A stretch of DNA of 63,580 bases, the filler included, from Reticulomyxa filosa (Eukaryota; Protista; Foraminifera), in assembly GCA_000512085.1 (NCBI GenBank). It is 16 parts of 16 records of this genome, joined end to end, with 100 filler letters (N's around TTAATTAATTAA, not from the genome) between each part and the next. Parts side by side here need not be neighbours in the genome. Positions count along the whole stretch, not along the records: positions 12,078 to 14,156 come from ASPP01008695.1; positions 14,257 to 15,278 come from ASPP01007083.1; positions 15,379 to 17,827 come from ASPP01006219.1; positions 17,928 to 19,548 come from ASPP01042852.1; positions 19,649 to 27,556 come from ASPP01005221.1; 11 more parts are not named here. The stretch is one strand, 5' to 3'. The position numbers and the translations under genes are program-made. Below, in pieces: positions 12,731-26,525 of this stretch; position 1 is the first letter of the stretch; every line of letters begins with the position of its first letter. The notes under the pieces are model-generated. The model saw nothing but the letters and a program-made list of their open reading frames with translations, ran no database searches and was not told the DNA's origin.

Positions 12731-13491
12731 CTCTTCCTTTATTTTGTATAGTAATACATATTTTTGAATGAAGCACACTTTCCTTACATAGTCGGGTTGT
12801 TTTTGGCTGTTCAATGTTTTTTGTTTGTTTAAATTTTGTGTGTGTTGATTTTCATTTTACAACCGTCAAATATCACTTTGTATGAACATTTTGTCATTGA
12901 AACTCAATTATATCCTTTCTAAAGTGAAATGTTTAAGCTTTTTGGCTATGTAATTGCTTTTCATATAACATTTAGTCTATAAAAATATTGCCAGACGAAG
13001 CAAAAAAATAAACAACTGCCAATTTATTGCTACACTAATTGGCAGTTTCAAATCAGTTGAGGTTTCTCATTTTCTTCCATACGTACATTTTAATCTTAGA
13101 TATATATTCATGCCCTCTAAATAAAAAGTGCTTTTTTTAGTGAATGCTTTCTGCTTGTATAAGTAATGAAAAAATGTTCATTTAAAAGCGTTGCTCTACA
13201 AAGGTGGATTATTTCCTACGTGTAATTGATATATCATTTTCGGAAAAGGAAAACTCTATCCTGATAACAGTTTCATTAAAAAAACTTTTCATTGTGAACC
13301 TTGATTTCAATATCATGATCAACGCCCAAACAGCGGGTATTTTATTTTGTTTGTTGTTTTTTTCATTGATGGAATAGGTTTTATAATAGAAAGGCTGAGC
13401 TATATATATATATATATTATTCAAACGAAAAAAAGGCGGAGCATTTGAGGAGAAAAAACAAAACAAAACAAAAGTGGGAAACAGGAATGGG

Positions 13492-14156
13492 GGTTTGTGT
13501 TGATTGAGGGTAGCATGGGATTCACTTCCAAGTATCCATTTGACATTATTTTCAGCAGCACTTCTATTATTAATTTTCAGTATAGCCAAATTTGAACGTG
13601 ATTCTCGAATATTTTTTCGTCGACGGGCACGTTTGATCCTTGCAGCAGCATCTCTACAGGGAAACAATGCAGCCCCAATGGTGAACCGCGTGCCATCCCA
13701 TTTCTTTTCCAATCTGCAGCCAACCGTCAGTGATGCATTGACAACTGCAACCGGAACGAGACAAGAAGTGGAGTTAGAGGTGGACTTGAATGAGGATGAG
13801 ACGAAGCAAGCGCCAAGCACAGAATGTACGGTGTTACTCCACGACGAAGCACCCAACGGCGTTAAAAAAAAAAGACTTCCAAGCGCCCCGGATATTCTGT
13901 CTATGGGCAATGGCAATCTTGCGTCTCAATCCGTTCATGACAGCGCAAAGCGATATAATCAGCATGCAAATGATATCATCTTGGAAGAAGATGAGCATGA
14001 GCACGATGACGAGGATGAAGAAAAGTATATGCATATGAATCATGAAGACAATGTCAATGAGAATAAGGATGATCATGACAATAACAACAAAACTAATAGT
14101 GATAATAATGAAAATAATAATAATGATAATAATAATGATAATAATAATAATAATAA
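13492..14156 (+). CDS. Hypothetical membrane protein exon with acidic/Asn-rich tail (partial)
   Basis: 234-aa ORF with hydrophobic segment LTLFSAALLLLIFSIA, running into the contig end. Confidence 0.45.
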
Positions 14157-15378
14157 NNNNNNNNNNNNNNNNNNNNNNNNNNNNNNNNNNNNNNNNNNNN
14201 TTAATTAATTAANNNNNNNNNNNNNNNNNNNNNNNNNNNNNNNNNNNNNNNNNNNNGAAATTACTTTTCGGAACTAAGTTTCCTCGTATTACACTTAGTC
14301 TCCACTATTCCTACACTTTTGAGCAAAATTGCAATGAAAATGAAAGTAACAAGAATAAACAAAATAAGAGAAGTGAGAGTTAAGGGAAAGGGGGTTTTTT
14401 TTTATAATAACTTTCATAAGTTATGTTTAACATTCATTTTAGTGAATCAAATTTCTTTTTTTTGTTGAAACTTGCATTAAAAAAAAAGGCAAATACTAGT
14501 ATTACACACTAACTAACGAGCCTTTAGTTGTGTTCACTCTAAGGTGAAAACTTGTTTCATTGTTGCTCAAACAATGCATGCTAACACAACAACAACAAAA
14601 AAAGGCAGCCTGGTTGTTTAACTTGAAATTAACATTTTAAATTGCCCAATTTTTTTTGTATCCCACTTTTTCAGAGAATTACAAATCAACAGAGGAAAAA
14701 AATAAAAAATATATATATTCACATACAATTAAGTAAAATGTATTTGGCAGCTGCAATAAAACAAAGCATAGTAAGTTTTTCAGCGACCAACATATTTTCT
14801 GTGAAAACGACAAATCTCAGAACCAGTTTGGATAAGTGAGATGTAAGTCATTTCAGTGGGCAAAAAGGAGGGAAGGGGGGGGGGGAGAGGGATCAAATTT
14901 AGTACATGATATACCACCAACATTTTTGTACTCAAATCTCGAAACTGAGGAAGCTCTGGCATTGCGAACAGCACATGTCATTGAACAAAGACAATAGCAG
15001 CAAAGCGGCCAGCTCCTCCTCAGCATCACTGTGGGGTCCCCAATCACAATCTCATGGGGCTCGAGATTTGAACAAAAACTGAATTACAAACGGTGGTAAG
15101 AGAGGAAGTGGGTGAAGAAAGATAGGCAGGCAGACAGACAAACATAGAGAGAGAAAAAAAAAAAAAAAAAAAAGAAAATGTCAAATCAGCTTATGAAAGC
15201 ATCAAAGTGGAGATACGACGATGTAATTCTTGACACATATTTCGAACTGCATCATAGGTCCCCTTTTTTTTTTTTTTTNNNNNNNNNNNNNNNNNNNNNN
15301 NNNNNNNNNNNNNNNNNNNNNNTTAATTAATTAANNNNNNNNNNNNNNNNNNNNNNNNNNNNNNNNNNNNNNNNNNNN

Positions 15379-15380
15379 TT

Positions 15381-15420
<40 letters not shown>

Positions 15421-15909
15421 AACAACTATATACGTACATATATATGTACAAATATATTATGTATATATTTGTACATATATATGTATATGTATGGACAGAC
15501 TTTGTTGTAGGGTGACGACTTTGTGCGGCAGATATCCCATATCAATAGGATTTGTTTTGTCAAGGATGACCTTGCAATCGGTGACAATAGTGAAACGCAG
15601 TCGAAACAAGGCTTCCACAATGTCCACATGCAGCTTGCCAAACACTACATCTGCCGTGGTTTCACTTTTGATTTCGAGTGAGGAATTCCGTAAATCGAAG
15701 AGTGCTCGCGACGCCGATTCAATAGAAGTTGGGGTGAGATCGTGCTTCATCTCTGTTGTGTCCTCTTTCTTCATCTCCAACAATTGGTGCATCTTTACAT
15801 TCAGACGATTCAATTCAATCGTTAGACTTTGCACGCGATAATATGTCTCACTTATCATTTGCAATACAGTCGCTATTCCATTATGTGTACACATATACAG
15901 ATTGTGTTG

Positions 15910-15948
<39 letters not shown>

Positions 15949-16854
15949 TATGTATATCCATATATAAATATTATAAACCTTTATCAACTCGGTCATCTTG
16001 ATCAGTAATTTGATTGAGATTGAATTCTGAAGCATTTTTGTGGACGTACTCTTTTAGTTTGTTTTCATTTTTGACCAAGTATTCGTCTGAAAATTCGCTC
16101 AGTTTGTTTTGTTCCATTGCGTCCAACAGATCGTCCAAGGCTTGTTCGATGTTGTCTTGCATGGTTGCGTGCGTGCCCATCAGTTTGCTTTGATACGTGC
16201 CAATCTTCAAAATATCGACACGCACACATGCACACAGTGATGAGATCCTTTCAAAGTGTTTTTTTTTTTATTTATTTGTGTGTGTGTGACTTAACAGCGA
16301 AGGACCAATGGTGTTGCTCTTCTGCCAGAAGCTGTCGTTGGATCGCTCGCATATAGTTTTCTTGCTTTATCAAACTGACGCTCAGACAATGGCTTTGCAA
16401 ACACAAGTTGACGTTTTGCGATGGATTGGATACGGGATCAGCGTAAAATTGGTCTAACGCAACTGCGCAATTCACATATTGATTATTATTGTGTATTTAT
16501 TTTGTTTGCTTCAAATTGCATTCAAACATGTCCAAAAAAGTAACAACACAAACATAAAGTGTGAGTTGTTTAAACTTCGAAGTAATTGCGCTTTGTGCTT
16601 GCATCGCTCCAAATGAGATAAAACGGCGATGCCATTGAAATCAATTTGCGCCAATAAAGTGTCAGGGAAATGCGATAAAGGATATTGTATCGAACGTGCT
16701 GCTCCTTTGCCATGGCCACTTCCCTGATTTTCGAGGCAATGGCCATTCTCGAATCATTCAATTGTTTTTGCAGCAATAAAATGTGATAGGATAGTTTCGA
16801 TGATTTGTTCAAAAGAAGAGAGTTATTGTCACTACCAATTGCATTCGCACGAAT

Positions 16855-16912
<58 letters not shown>

Positions 16913-17789
16913 GTTGTTGTTAATAAAAGATCGACTGTGTTGGTTTGAGAAACCTCATATCGCAAATAAAAGATTTGTTTTTGCAAGTCGATCAAATCGA
17001 TATTTTTTTTAGCTAATTCGTCGTTGCAATGTTTTAATTTCGCCGACAATTCTTTATTCGCTTGTTTCAATTCTTCGATTATCTGTTCATTTTCTTCATT
17101 CAACTTTTCCAAAATTGTTCGTTCATCGTCAATGTCGATGATATAATCTCTCCAATCTTCCAGCTTTTAAAAAAGAGGGAGCAACAATATAACAATAATA
17201 TATTATTATTATAGATTATAATAATATATAATAGTAATATATAATAATAATATATTATTATTATTTTACATAAACAAACCTCTCCATTCATTTCAATGTT
17301 TTTTAGTTTCAAAAGCTCAATGGCCTTTTCAGCATCTTGCAAAGCCGTTTGAGACTGCTCCATTTGTTCTAATTTGTGATTTAAAATGGCCATTTCTTTT
17401 TCCAACGGAATCAATTCTTGCAAGCGTTGTGTGAGAATGGGGACGCTGGCCAACTCTTGCTTGAGATACGCGATTTCGCGAGTTTTCGCGGATATTACGT
17501 CTTGCGTCGTTTGTTGCAACTTTTGCAGTGTGGTCTTTAATTCCATATTCGATACCATTATGCGCGTCTTTTCTTCTTCCGTCACATCCCCCACTCCCGA
17601 CAAGTACTGTTCGATTCCATCCTCGAGCTTCTCTTTGGTCTCTTCTGCGTCCAATTGTGCAAACTGCAGCTGCAGCTTCACATCTTCCAATTCCAATTGC
17701 ATTTCTCCGATTTTCTCTTCCAATGTTTGGATTTCCAACCTTTTTCTTTTCGTCTCGTGTTCCAATTCTTTTATTTTGCTGCGATTTTG

Positions 17790-17827
<38 letters not shown>
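15379..17827 (-). CDS. DCTN1: Dynactin p150Glued-like coiled-coil protein (internal multi-exon fragment)
   Basis: Long heptad coiled coil. ALQDAEKAIELLKLKNIEM..LEKLNEENEQI resembles p150 ALGAEEMVEMLTDRNLNL..LEAMNEMNDEL. SNMELKTTLQKL resembles QNARLKDALVRM. Confidence 0.55.
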
Positions 17828-17989
17828 NNNNNNNNNNNNNNNNNNNNNNNNNNNNNNNNNNNNNNNNNNNNTTAATTAATTAANNNNNNNNNNNNNNNNN
17901 NNNNNNNNNNNNNNNNNNNNNNNNNNNTATTTATTATTTTGTTTATTTGTTGTTATATTTTTTATATTTCAACAATCGTAAAATGTTCA

Positions 17990-19480
17990 TATCCAACCTT
18001 TTTTAAAAAAAAGTAACTGGTGTAACTATAAGACAATAGGAAATGATTGTGCATGTTCATCGCTGGATGTTGCATTTGGCTGTTGTGCATGGACCACTTA
18101 ATGAACGATTTGTTCAACTAGTTGGCCGACTCGTTGAAGGAGTTGACCGCGCTGGTAAGTTTGTTCATTGAATCAACGAGTCGAGCCGCGTTTCGTCATC
18201 GCTGTCATTGCCATTGGTGTGCTTGTTCTTCTTCGATTTGTTCTTTTTCTTTTTTCAGCTGCTTCTGTTGTCATTATCGTGCTCCTCCGATTCCACTTTC
18301 GGATTCGATCGTAACGCTTGGTGTTACAATCTAATTGAGTCTACTTGATGTTGTCTGAACACACCAACACCAGCACATTACAAACACATAAACATACATA
18401 CAAAAGCTCAATAATAACAAATATTTGTACATTATATATACGTGTATTTGTTTGTTTGATGGTGCGCACTTGCAATTAGACAACATATTATTGTTGTTGT
18501 CTGCGTCGTCATGGAATAAGAAATCATGTTGTGACTTCTTCTTTTCGTTGTTGTTTTGTGCAACGTGCGCATCGCGGATAATCTCGACATCGTTGTCGTT
18601 ATCAGCGGCAATAATTTCAACGGAAATATATTTGTCCAAAATGAACAGGCCGTTAATAGCAGCACTTGTTTGGCGCGCTCCATGGTTTCAAAAGTGATTA
18701 CAAACGACACCAGCACGTCCTTTTCTGCAAGCACTGACTCGCTGTCCAGTACCGCAAAAAGCGACTCAAATGACTGCATCATTTCCCACCTTGGCCTCGT
18801 CCACATTGCACACATCAATCACATTTTGCACAGACTGCTTATTGTCCTTTTTATCTTCGTTCTCGCTGTGTGGCTGTACAACGTTGCCAACTGCTTGTAG
18901 TAGTTGCTATATTTCCATTTGTTTTCCTATCGAGTTATTTTTTTTTTAAAGTGGTGTTATTCATTCATCCGTGTATCTTTTTATCAATTTCACCAAACCG
19001 CACATCATGAAAAAAAATTTTCAAGCCATTTTTTTTTTTTTGAAAGGGTGAAAAAAAGTTACGTATACATACAACAGAAGAAAAAATCTTTTCCATCACA
19101 TCATAATAAGAGACCAGGTCAGAACACAAAAAAAAACACATATGTATAAATAAAATCTTCGTTCACTATCCATTTCTCGTCGTGCCCCCTTAAAAAAAAA
19201 AAAATGTAACATCAGATTGCAACGATGAATGGTCAGTTGTGTCCGGAACCGTGACGAATCTCGTTTCGATTGGTGGGATATATGTCCATAATGGCGCCCT
19301 TTTTTGACTGCTTCAAGCTTTGATATCGCGACAACAGTTCGTTGTGATCGTATGCCAATACGTCCAATTTCAACGTAAGTGGCTTCTCGTTCTTGTTCAA
19401 TCGCTTCTTTTCTGCATGCTATCCACGAGCGCGTCGTAAGTCGTCCACATTTTTCAACTCGTGACGTATGCCATTAGGTC
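17990..19480 (-). pseudogene. Disrupted gene remnant; possible PB1-like and RasGEF N-terminal (REM)-like segments
   Basis: Coding-like GC-richer frames with in-frame stops (GPNGIRHELKNVDDLRRARG*H...; DVLVSFVITFETMERAKQVLLL). Domain calls are weak. Confidence 0.3.
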
Positions 19481-19648
19481 CCTTTTTTGTATTTAAAAAA
19501 AATTTATTGTTTGGGTCAACGCGGTATTGCGTGTGCAAAAAAAAAAAANNNNNNNNNNNNNNNNNNNNNNNNNNNNNNNNNNNNNNNNNNNNTTAATTAA
19601 TTAANNNNNNNNNNNNNNNNNNNNNNNNNNNNNNNNNNNNNNNNNNNN

Positions 19649-19688
<40 letters not shown>

Positions 19689-19689
<1 letters not shown>

Positions 19690-22600
19690 GTGGCAATTAC
19701 ATGATGAAAGTCTTGGAGAATCTAAACAAATTGCACGACCAAGTGTATTCCCGACTCGTGGTCGTGGAGAAGCGCGAAAAGGAGTCGAAGGTGTCGCCGG
19801 TGATCGAAAAGGTACGCAATGTGGTGGACATATTACTTGAGACGGTGACCGAGTTCCAAAAGAACTTTACGCTGGCCTTCCGCAGCGTGTTGTCGCCGTA
19901 CCTGTCGTACTTTCATCATGTCATTTGCAACAGTCACTCCAAGACACAGACATTCCCCTCTGACTCTTCTTCCTCCTCTGATTCCTCTTCTTCTTCTTCT
20001 TCTTCTTCTACAACAGCCGCTGTTGTGCCACTGTACTTGAATGAGGTGGTCGTGCAGGCGCTGCTGTTCTTCAAAAGTGTGTTGGAGTCGCCCATTTACG
20101 AAGGCAAGCCGCGTGCAGCGATGGTGTGGAGCCCCGTGGAAGGGAGCAGGGACGGGCCTTTGGCCAAACCCTCGTTCGATCGTGAGGGCGCCAAGGAGTG
20201 CCAGATGATATCCAACCAGTTCTTCAACGAAAACAGAGTGAAGACGCTGGTGAGCACGTTGCTGAAGGACTGGTTCGTGCTGACCTTTGACGACTTTGAA
20301 AAGATGGAAGACAATCCCTGCGAGTATTATCACGAAACCATGATCGAGAGTAACAAGTATCACATTCGTGCCGCCGCCAAAGACTTGTTCGTCGTCTTGG
20401 TCAAAAAGCATGCCGACTATTGCGTACCCGTCATTGTATCTATGGTTTTGCGTGTATTGGAGAAACCTTTACCTCAATTACAATTACAATCACAGTCACA
20501 ATCTCAATCTCAATCTCAGTCATCTTCTTCTTCTTCGGAAACAAATCATTCTGGTTCGCTATTGCCAAATAGCGACGCATGGAAACTTGTAGTGCAACGG
20601 GAGGCTTCATACTTAGCCTTGGGACTGTCGTATTGGCATTTGGAATCCGAACTGGAAAAACACAAGTTCAATCTCAGCACCATGTTCCAACACGTGCTTT
20701 CCAAAGACTTACAGTTCGTCGCTGCGCCCTTCCTCGTCGCTCGTGTCGTGTGGCTGCTCGGACAATTGTCCGACAACATCAACGAAATACCCGAGGCACA
20801 ACGCTTCACTCATCACAATCTCATCCTTTGGTTGGACCGTCCTGCTGACTCCTCTATCAATCTCGATCAAAACGAGCGTTTGTGGAATCAATACTTATTG
20901 ATTCGGTTTGTTTTATATATGTATATATACATTGTTTATTTATTTATTTATTTGTGTATGTGTGTATATGTGTGTGTGTGTGTTGATCGATCAGAATTCA
21001 AGCCGCTCAAAGCTTGAAAACCGTGTTGGGACACAGCAAATTTGAATGCTGGGAATTCAAGAATAAATACTTATTTAAAACGTGCCAATTGTTCATTCAG
21101 TTGATTGGCGATTGCGACACAAACTATCAAATGATGGCGGTACTGATGAATCACTTCAGTCACGTCATCCAATACTGTCGCAAGACAATTCGAGACGACA
21201 GAGAAGAGGGAAAGAGTGGCTCCGGAGATGGCACTGCTGACAATAGTAACACGGGCAATGAAGACTCTAGCAAAGGCGGCATCATTGGCTCCGTCGTCGC
21301 ACACATTCCTAAGCTGTGGGCCGAGTGCGGATCCAGCGAAACCAACTTGCTTCGCACAAGCATTATCGACGTATTGATTCAGGTCACCTCTTGCATGAGC
21401 GTCAATCAAATCCATCGCTTTTACTCCTTTTTAATGCCCGTCTTGGCCTATTCCACTGATCCTACGGCTTCGGATAGGTTATGCTTATACGTTTTGCTCG
21501 GAGAAGGCTCTATATTTTTTATATTAAAAAAAATATTATATACATATATATATATATGTATATATGTGTGTGTATACGTATATACTTATATTTATATGTA
21601 CATATATGCATGTATGTAAAATACTGACAATAATCATCATTTGATCACATAGACTGTACTTGATTGAGTCTGGCATATCGCTTTGGAAAGAAGTGTTGGT
21701 TCGAAGCAACCACATGACCACGGAAATGCACCAATTGTTTTGTCGTCATTGGTTTGTGCTAATGCGAGATTACAGTGACTATTTGGGGGATTTGATAGGT
21801 GTCTTGCGATCTTATTTAACAATGGGAGGAGAAGAGTTTGTTAAGAAACATGGCAAAGAAATTGGAGAGTGCATATTGACAATACTGCCGGATGTGGCAG
21901 AAGATGCGGACGCCTTGTGGAGCATCATTGACATGCTGTGCTTGTTTGTCTGCTTGCATCCGTCGCAATCGCCCATGTTTTTGAAGCCGATCATCAAAGT
22001 GTGCTTAAAACAGTTCTTCCAAATGCTCGATGTTGCACACAACCAATCGTCGAATTCGTCGCCTCATTTGACCGATTTGAAAGGGACCATTGTTGACACA
22101 AATGGTTTGTTTTCAATGTTAACTGTATTAAACAAGATATCAAATATAAATAAATATGTATATATATACACATATATAATATATATACACATATATACAT
22201 ACATATACATATATGTATACATATATATTGAACAAAACAGAGTTTGAACCTCAGGTCAATGGCGAAGTCATTACAGCATATGCCATCTTTTGTAGTCGAT
22301 TGCTAATTGAAAATGTTGGTGGCACTTTGGAAGTGTTAACAAGCTTAGGGAAAAATACCAAAGTGGTTGAAATGTTCATTAAAGGCTTGATTGATTGCAA
22401 AAAGTATGTAACCATTCCCTACAAAAAACGCATCCTGTGTTTTGCCTATGGCAAGCTGGCTCAAATCATTGCCAAGTACTATGAACACGACGAACACAAA
22501 ACGGAAAAAATGCTGTCTTTTCTTCACGAAATCGTACCCTATTGGTTCACTCTTATCAAAGACAATGAAATTGAAGACTTGAATATTTTGGACTATGGAG

Positions 22601-22875
22601 CTGCTAATGATGAAAATGACAACCAGGTGGACCGAAGCCAATGGAACGAAAGTGATCGTGCTGCTCATTTGATTAGTAAAGATGCCGTCAATCAAACGTT
22701 TTTGTTGGATGTATGCAAAAAGACTATTGAAACTGCTTGCAAGTTTTGTCAGGTTTCTCCTAATCAGTTACTCGTTGACATTGGCAAAGCCAAAAATTTA
22801 CCTTTACCCAAAACATGGGCTACTTTTATGGAAAAATATACCAAATACACTCAAGAGAAAAACAAATCAAATTAA
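19689..22875 (+). CDS. IPO11: Importin-11 / Kap120-like karyopherin (5' truncated, multi-exon)
   Basis: MEDNPCEYYHE..IRAAAKDLFVVL, REASYLALGL, LVARVVWLLGQ, LWAE..NLLRTSII, FLMPVLAYSTDP..YLIESGISLW resemble importin-11 HEAT motifs. AT-microsatellite introns. Confidence 0.8.
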
Positions 22876-23364
22876 AACACAAATGCTTAGATCATTTTTA
22901 AACTTTTTTTTTAGTTTCATTTTTTTTTTTTGAAATTAATTTGATTATTAGATTATGACAACTTTTATTGACCTTGTGCACGTGTGTTTATTTTAATGTT
23001 GTCTCAACCAACAAACACCTTTCTATAAGCAATTTAACACATTTTAAAACATTTTTAAAGGGTAGATGATTCGCAATTAATTTGTGTTGCTGCCGACAAG
23101 TGCTCTCTTGAAACGTACCAAAAACAGGTAGATAATAAAAAAACAAATGTTATGAATAAATATTTTTTAAGGAGAGGAAAAGAAGTGACTAACAACAAAC
23201 GTTACAATCGGTTAAAACTTGAGGAGATAAAGAATAACTAAAATGCGGAGAATGAAAAAAAAATAATACGAATTGGTTTTTTTTAAAATCAACAAAAAGA
23301 AAGTTTGCATATCAAATGCAAACCACTTTTGTTTGTACTACAAAAAGAAAAATTACAACAATAG

Positions 23365-25111
23365 TCAACTTTCGCTAAGAATAAGATCTACCATCGGCAT
23401 TGTTTGTAAAATGACCTCCGGGATCATGTCCACATGTCCACGCTTATGTACTTGTGCCAGCGCAAATTGTGCAAGCTCTTTTACACTTTCGATTTTGCTA
23501 GAGAAAATAAATAAATAAAAAAAAATGTTGGTATTGAGAGGAAAGAGAAGGAACATTGACGAAAGACAACATAACAGTGCATATCTCAATCCCATCAAAA
23601 ACTCACACAAAATTTCAGAAGGAACGATAAATCGTTTTTTGGAAGCGTCACTGAAATAGGAGCTTGTATACCATTTCCAATGTTTGCAATACTTCAACGA
23701 GTACTGAACAGTTCCTGGAAAATCAGTTTTTTCGGAAGCATCAATTCCAGAAGAGCAAATTTTGGCAATGACGGCACAATACTGTTCCAACACTGCATCA
23801 TTCATTTTGGAAATATACTTGTTAAGTACTTGCAAGGCCACATGAATTAATTGCAAATTGGTTCCCAAATTTCCTTGTCGCAACAGTGGAAAATGAAATA
23901 AGACTGAACTATCTTCGAAATAATCTTCCTTTTCTACTTGCTTCTCAGTATCCTTTTTTGCCATAGAGACAGTTTTTAGATCATGTTTCCTTTTATCTCG
24001 TCCATTTCTTTTTTTTTTTGTTAAAGATTTTGAAAAATAATCCAACAACAACAACAAACACTATAGCAAAAGTGTCGAGACAATTTTCCATTACACATTC
24101 ATGGACATGCGCAAGATACGCATACACACTTTTGAGTGCCGGGAGGGATTGAAGAATGTGCACTTGGTGATCGTCGGCTGTTTTCTTTGAGAATTTCTTG
24201 GAAATCACGGAATAAGATTGGAAGAGAGGCTGGATAGACGATTCGGTCTTGACAACTGACAAGGGTGTTATCACGCGTGAAATAATCGATAGTTGAGGGG
24301 ACATGATGGAAGGGACAATGGAAAAGACTCGGAATGGTTAAATTAGGCAAGTCGAAGGACGGAAACAATGGCATATGTGTTACCGACAATGGGTTATCCA
24401 GAGTTGTCATTTGATATTTTGCATAAATCCTTTTTTCTTTTTTATATAAAGATAGCAACGATGTGGCAATACCGCTTACCGATTCTGCATCTCTACTGTA
24501 CATACACCATACCATACTGGGATCAATTGCACCGCAAATAACTTTGCAAGAGGTACATCGCAACCACTCCCTTCCACTACATCCGCAGCAAAACAATGAT
24601 AGAACCATTCACAAATCGCGTCATGTGGTTGCTTTGGCTCTGCGATCTCCAACATTCGATCACATAACAGTGATAAGATTTCAGTGTCCTCCCATATACG
24701 TTCATACAAGCGTCGTTGATCGGACACATCCAATGCTTTAAAGTAGTCCAAAAAATAATAGAGTGCAACGTCGCTATGACTTAGTCGCAACTGTTCTTTG
24801 AATTGGCTTGGCCATTCTTTCCAATGATTTATTTTTGGCATTTTCTGAGCAGTTGTCACCGTCGCTGTTGCCGCTCTCTCTTTTTCTATTTTCAACGCGC
24901 TACGTACACGTTGCGCTGCGCTCTCTTTCTTTTTTGGATCTTTGTCTTTATCTCTTGATGCTTTCCCTACTGTCCCTTCTTCATTGAACGGCTCACCTAC
25001 TGATTTTGCGCACTTTAATAATTTTTTACCAACCAATGATGGCATTTGTGAAAGATCGTGCAATGTATTTCGTTCAAGAGACTCCAGCTTTTCGCTCGGA
25101 TCTTTACTCAT
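23365..25111 (-). CDS. FAM126: Hyccin/FAM126 family protein (PI4KA complex subunit); apparent 1-nt frameshift at 24519-24521
   Basis: AICEWFYHCF..FAVQLIP/SMVWCM..SGIATSLLSLY..FDLPNLTIPSLFHCP and RFIVPSEILCEFLMGLRYAL..LAQFALAQVHKRG match hyccin motifs. Confidence 0.8.
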
Positions 25112-25216
25112 TTGATTTTTTGGGCTCCTTTTTTTTAAAAAAAAAAAAAAAATGTTGTCCTTAGTGAGTTGTGTCGTAAAGGAAAAAAAAATGGACGTTT
25201 TTTTCAACAGTATTTT

Positions 25217-25649
25217 TTATTTTAGACGAAACAAATGCAGAAGTGGTTGACTATGGTGAACTTCATCAATGACTTCATGAGTGTTAAAAGGTAACATCGG
25301 ACAACTTTCTTGCGGTTTTGCTGTGTTTATGTGATCATCTTTGATGTTAAGAGCCAATGGATTGAGTGTTATTTCACTTAGGTTACGATCATCTTTATCA
25401 CATTTATTTCTGTGACTAAACATGAAATCTGGCTCTGAGAGACATCTCGAAAGTTTTGTTATTTGTACATCTTGGCCATGTGGCTTGTCGCCTGTCTTGG
25501 TTTGGTACGCTATTGTCAGTCTACGTTTAGTAAGCGGCTAGTGAGAAAGATGAAGAGTCCTACACACCATTTCCACGGTAGGAGCGAGAAGGATGATACT
25601 CTTGAGGTACTGTTGGTACGTCAGGATTTGTATTATTGAAAAATGACAT
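25217..25649 (-). CDS. Small hypothetical protein (probably 2 exons)
   Basis: ATG near 25649, short GT-AG intron, then an open frame LTIAYQTKTG...LFRLK*. Confidence 0.3.
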
Positions 25650-26525
25650 CTTAAATGTATTTGCTGGACACTTTTCAAAAAAAATCAACTTACTACAGAA
25701 ATTCTTGTATTCAAAAATTTAAAAACAATCTGCTTTTCAGCTTACAATAAAAATAGTTAAAACTATCAAAGCAGTCGACTAAGTAGCTTTTTAAATTTTT
25801 TTTTGTAAATTTTAACTGATGCATTTATTGGAACATTTTTGGATGTTGATTTGAGTTATAGTATTTTGTTATTACGATGCCCGTGTATTATGTCCATAGT
25901 TTTACTTATGTTATTTCTAACATGTTGAATATTCTGTGTTTTGAGACACCAAACCAAAGATGAACAATTATTTATTTAGTTTTATTACATAAAGTAACAC
26001 TTTCTTTTGTATATAACAAAAATGTCTGTTTGTATACATCTCGTATTCGCACAATGGACAACCAAGAAAAATGTCGTTTACAAAATATGGTACACACATA
26101 CGATTAATCTTCTTTTACAAAATAGAACGTGGAAAAAATTCCGAGCCGTTTCAAATTTTGTGATGTAAAAAAAACCGAAGCATATATTCTGCATGCCATC
26201 TATTTCCAATAAAAAAATTGAATTAAAAAGGGGAAAAAAAAAAATCTTTTTGAAAAAGGTAAAATCAGGCAAAAAATTGGACAGGAAAGAAGAAAAATCC
26301 AAAAAAAGGAGATGTAACAATAACGAAATATTTTTTGGCAATAATAATAAAAAAACAAAACTATCGAAAGAAAAACAGACACAAAAAGGAAAAAAGTTGA
26401 ATAAACAAAAGACAAAGAGAAAACACCAGCTACAATTAAATTGACAGTTATCAATCACAAAAATATTTCGACCAAACACACGCGCACGTGGGAAAACGAA
26501 AAGGAGAACAAAGCAATTACAATAA

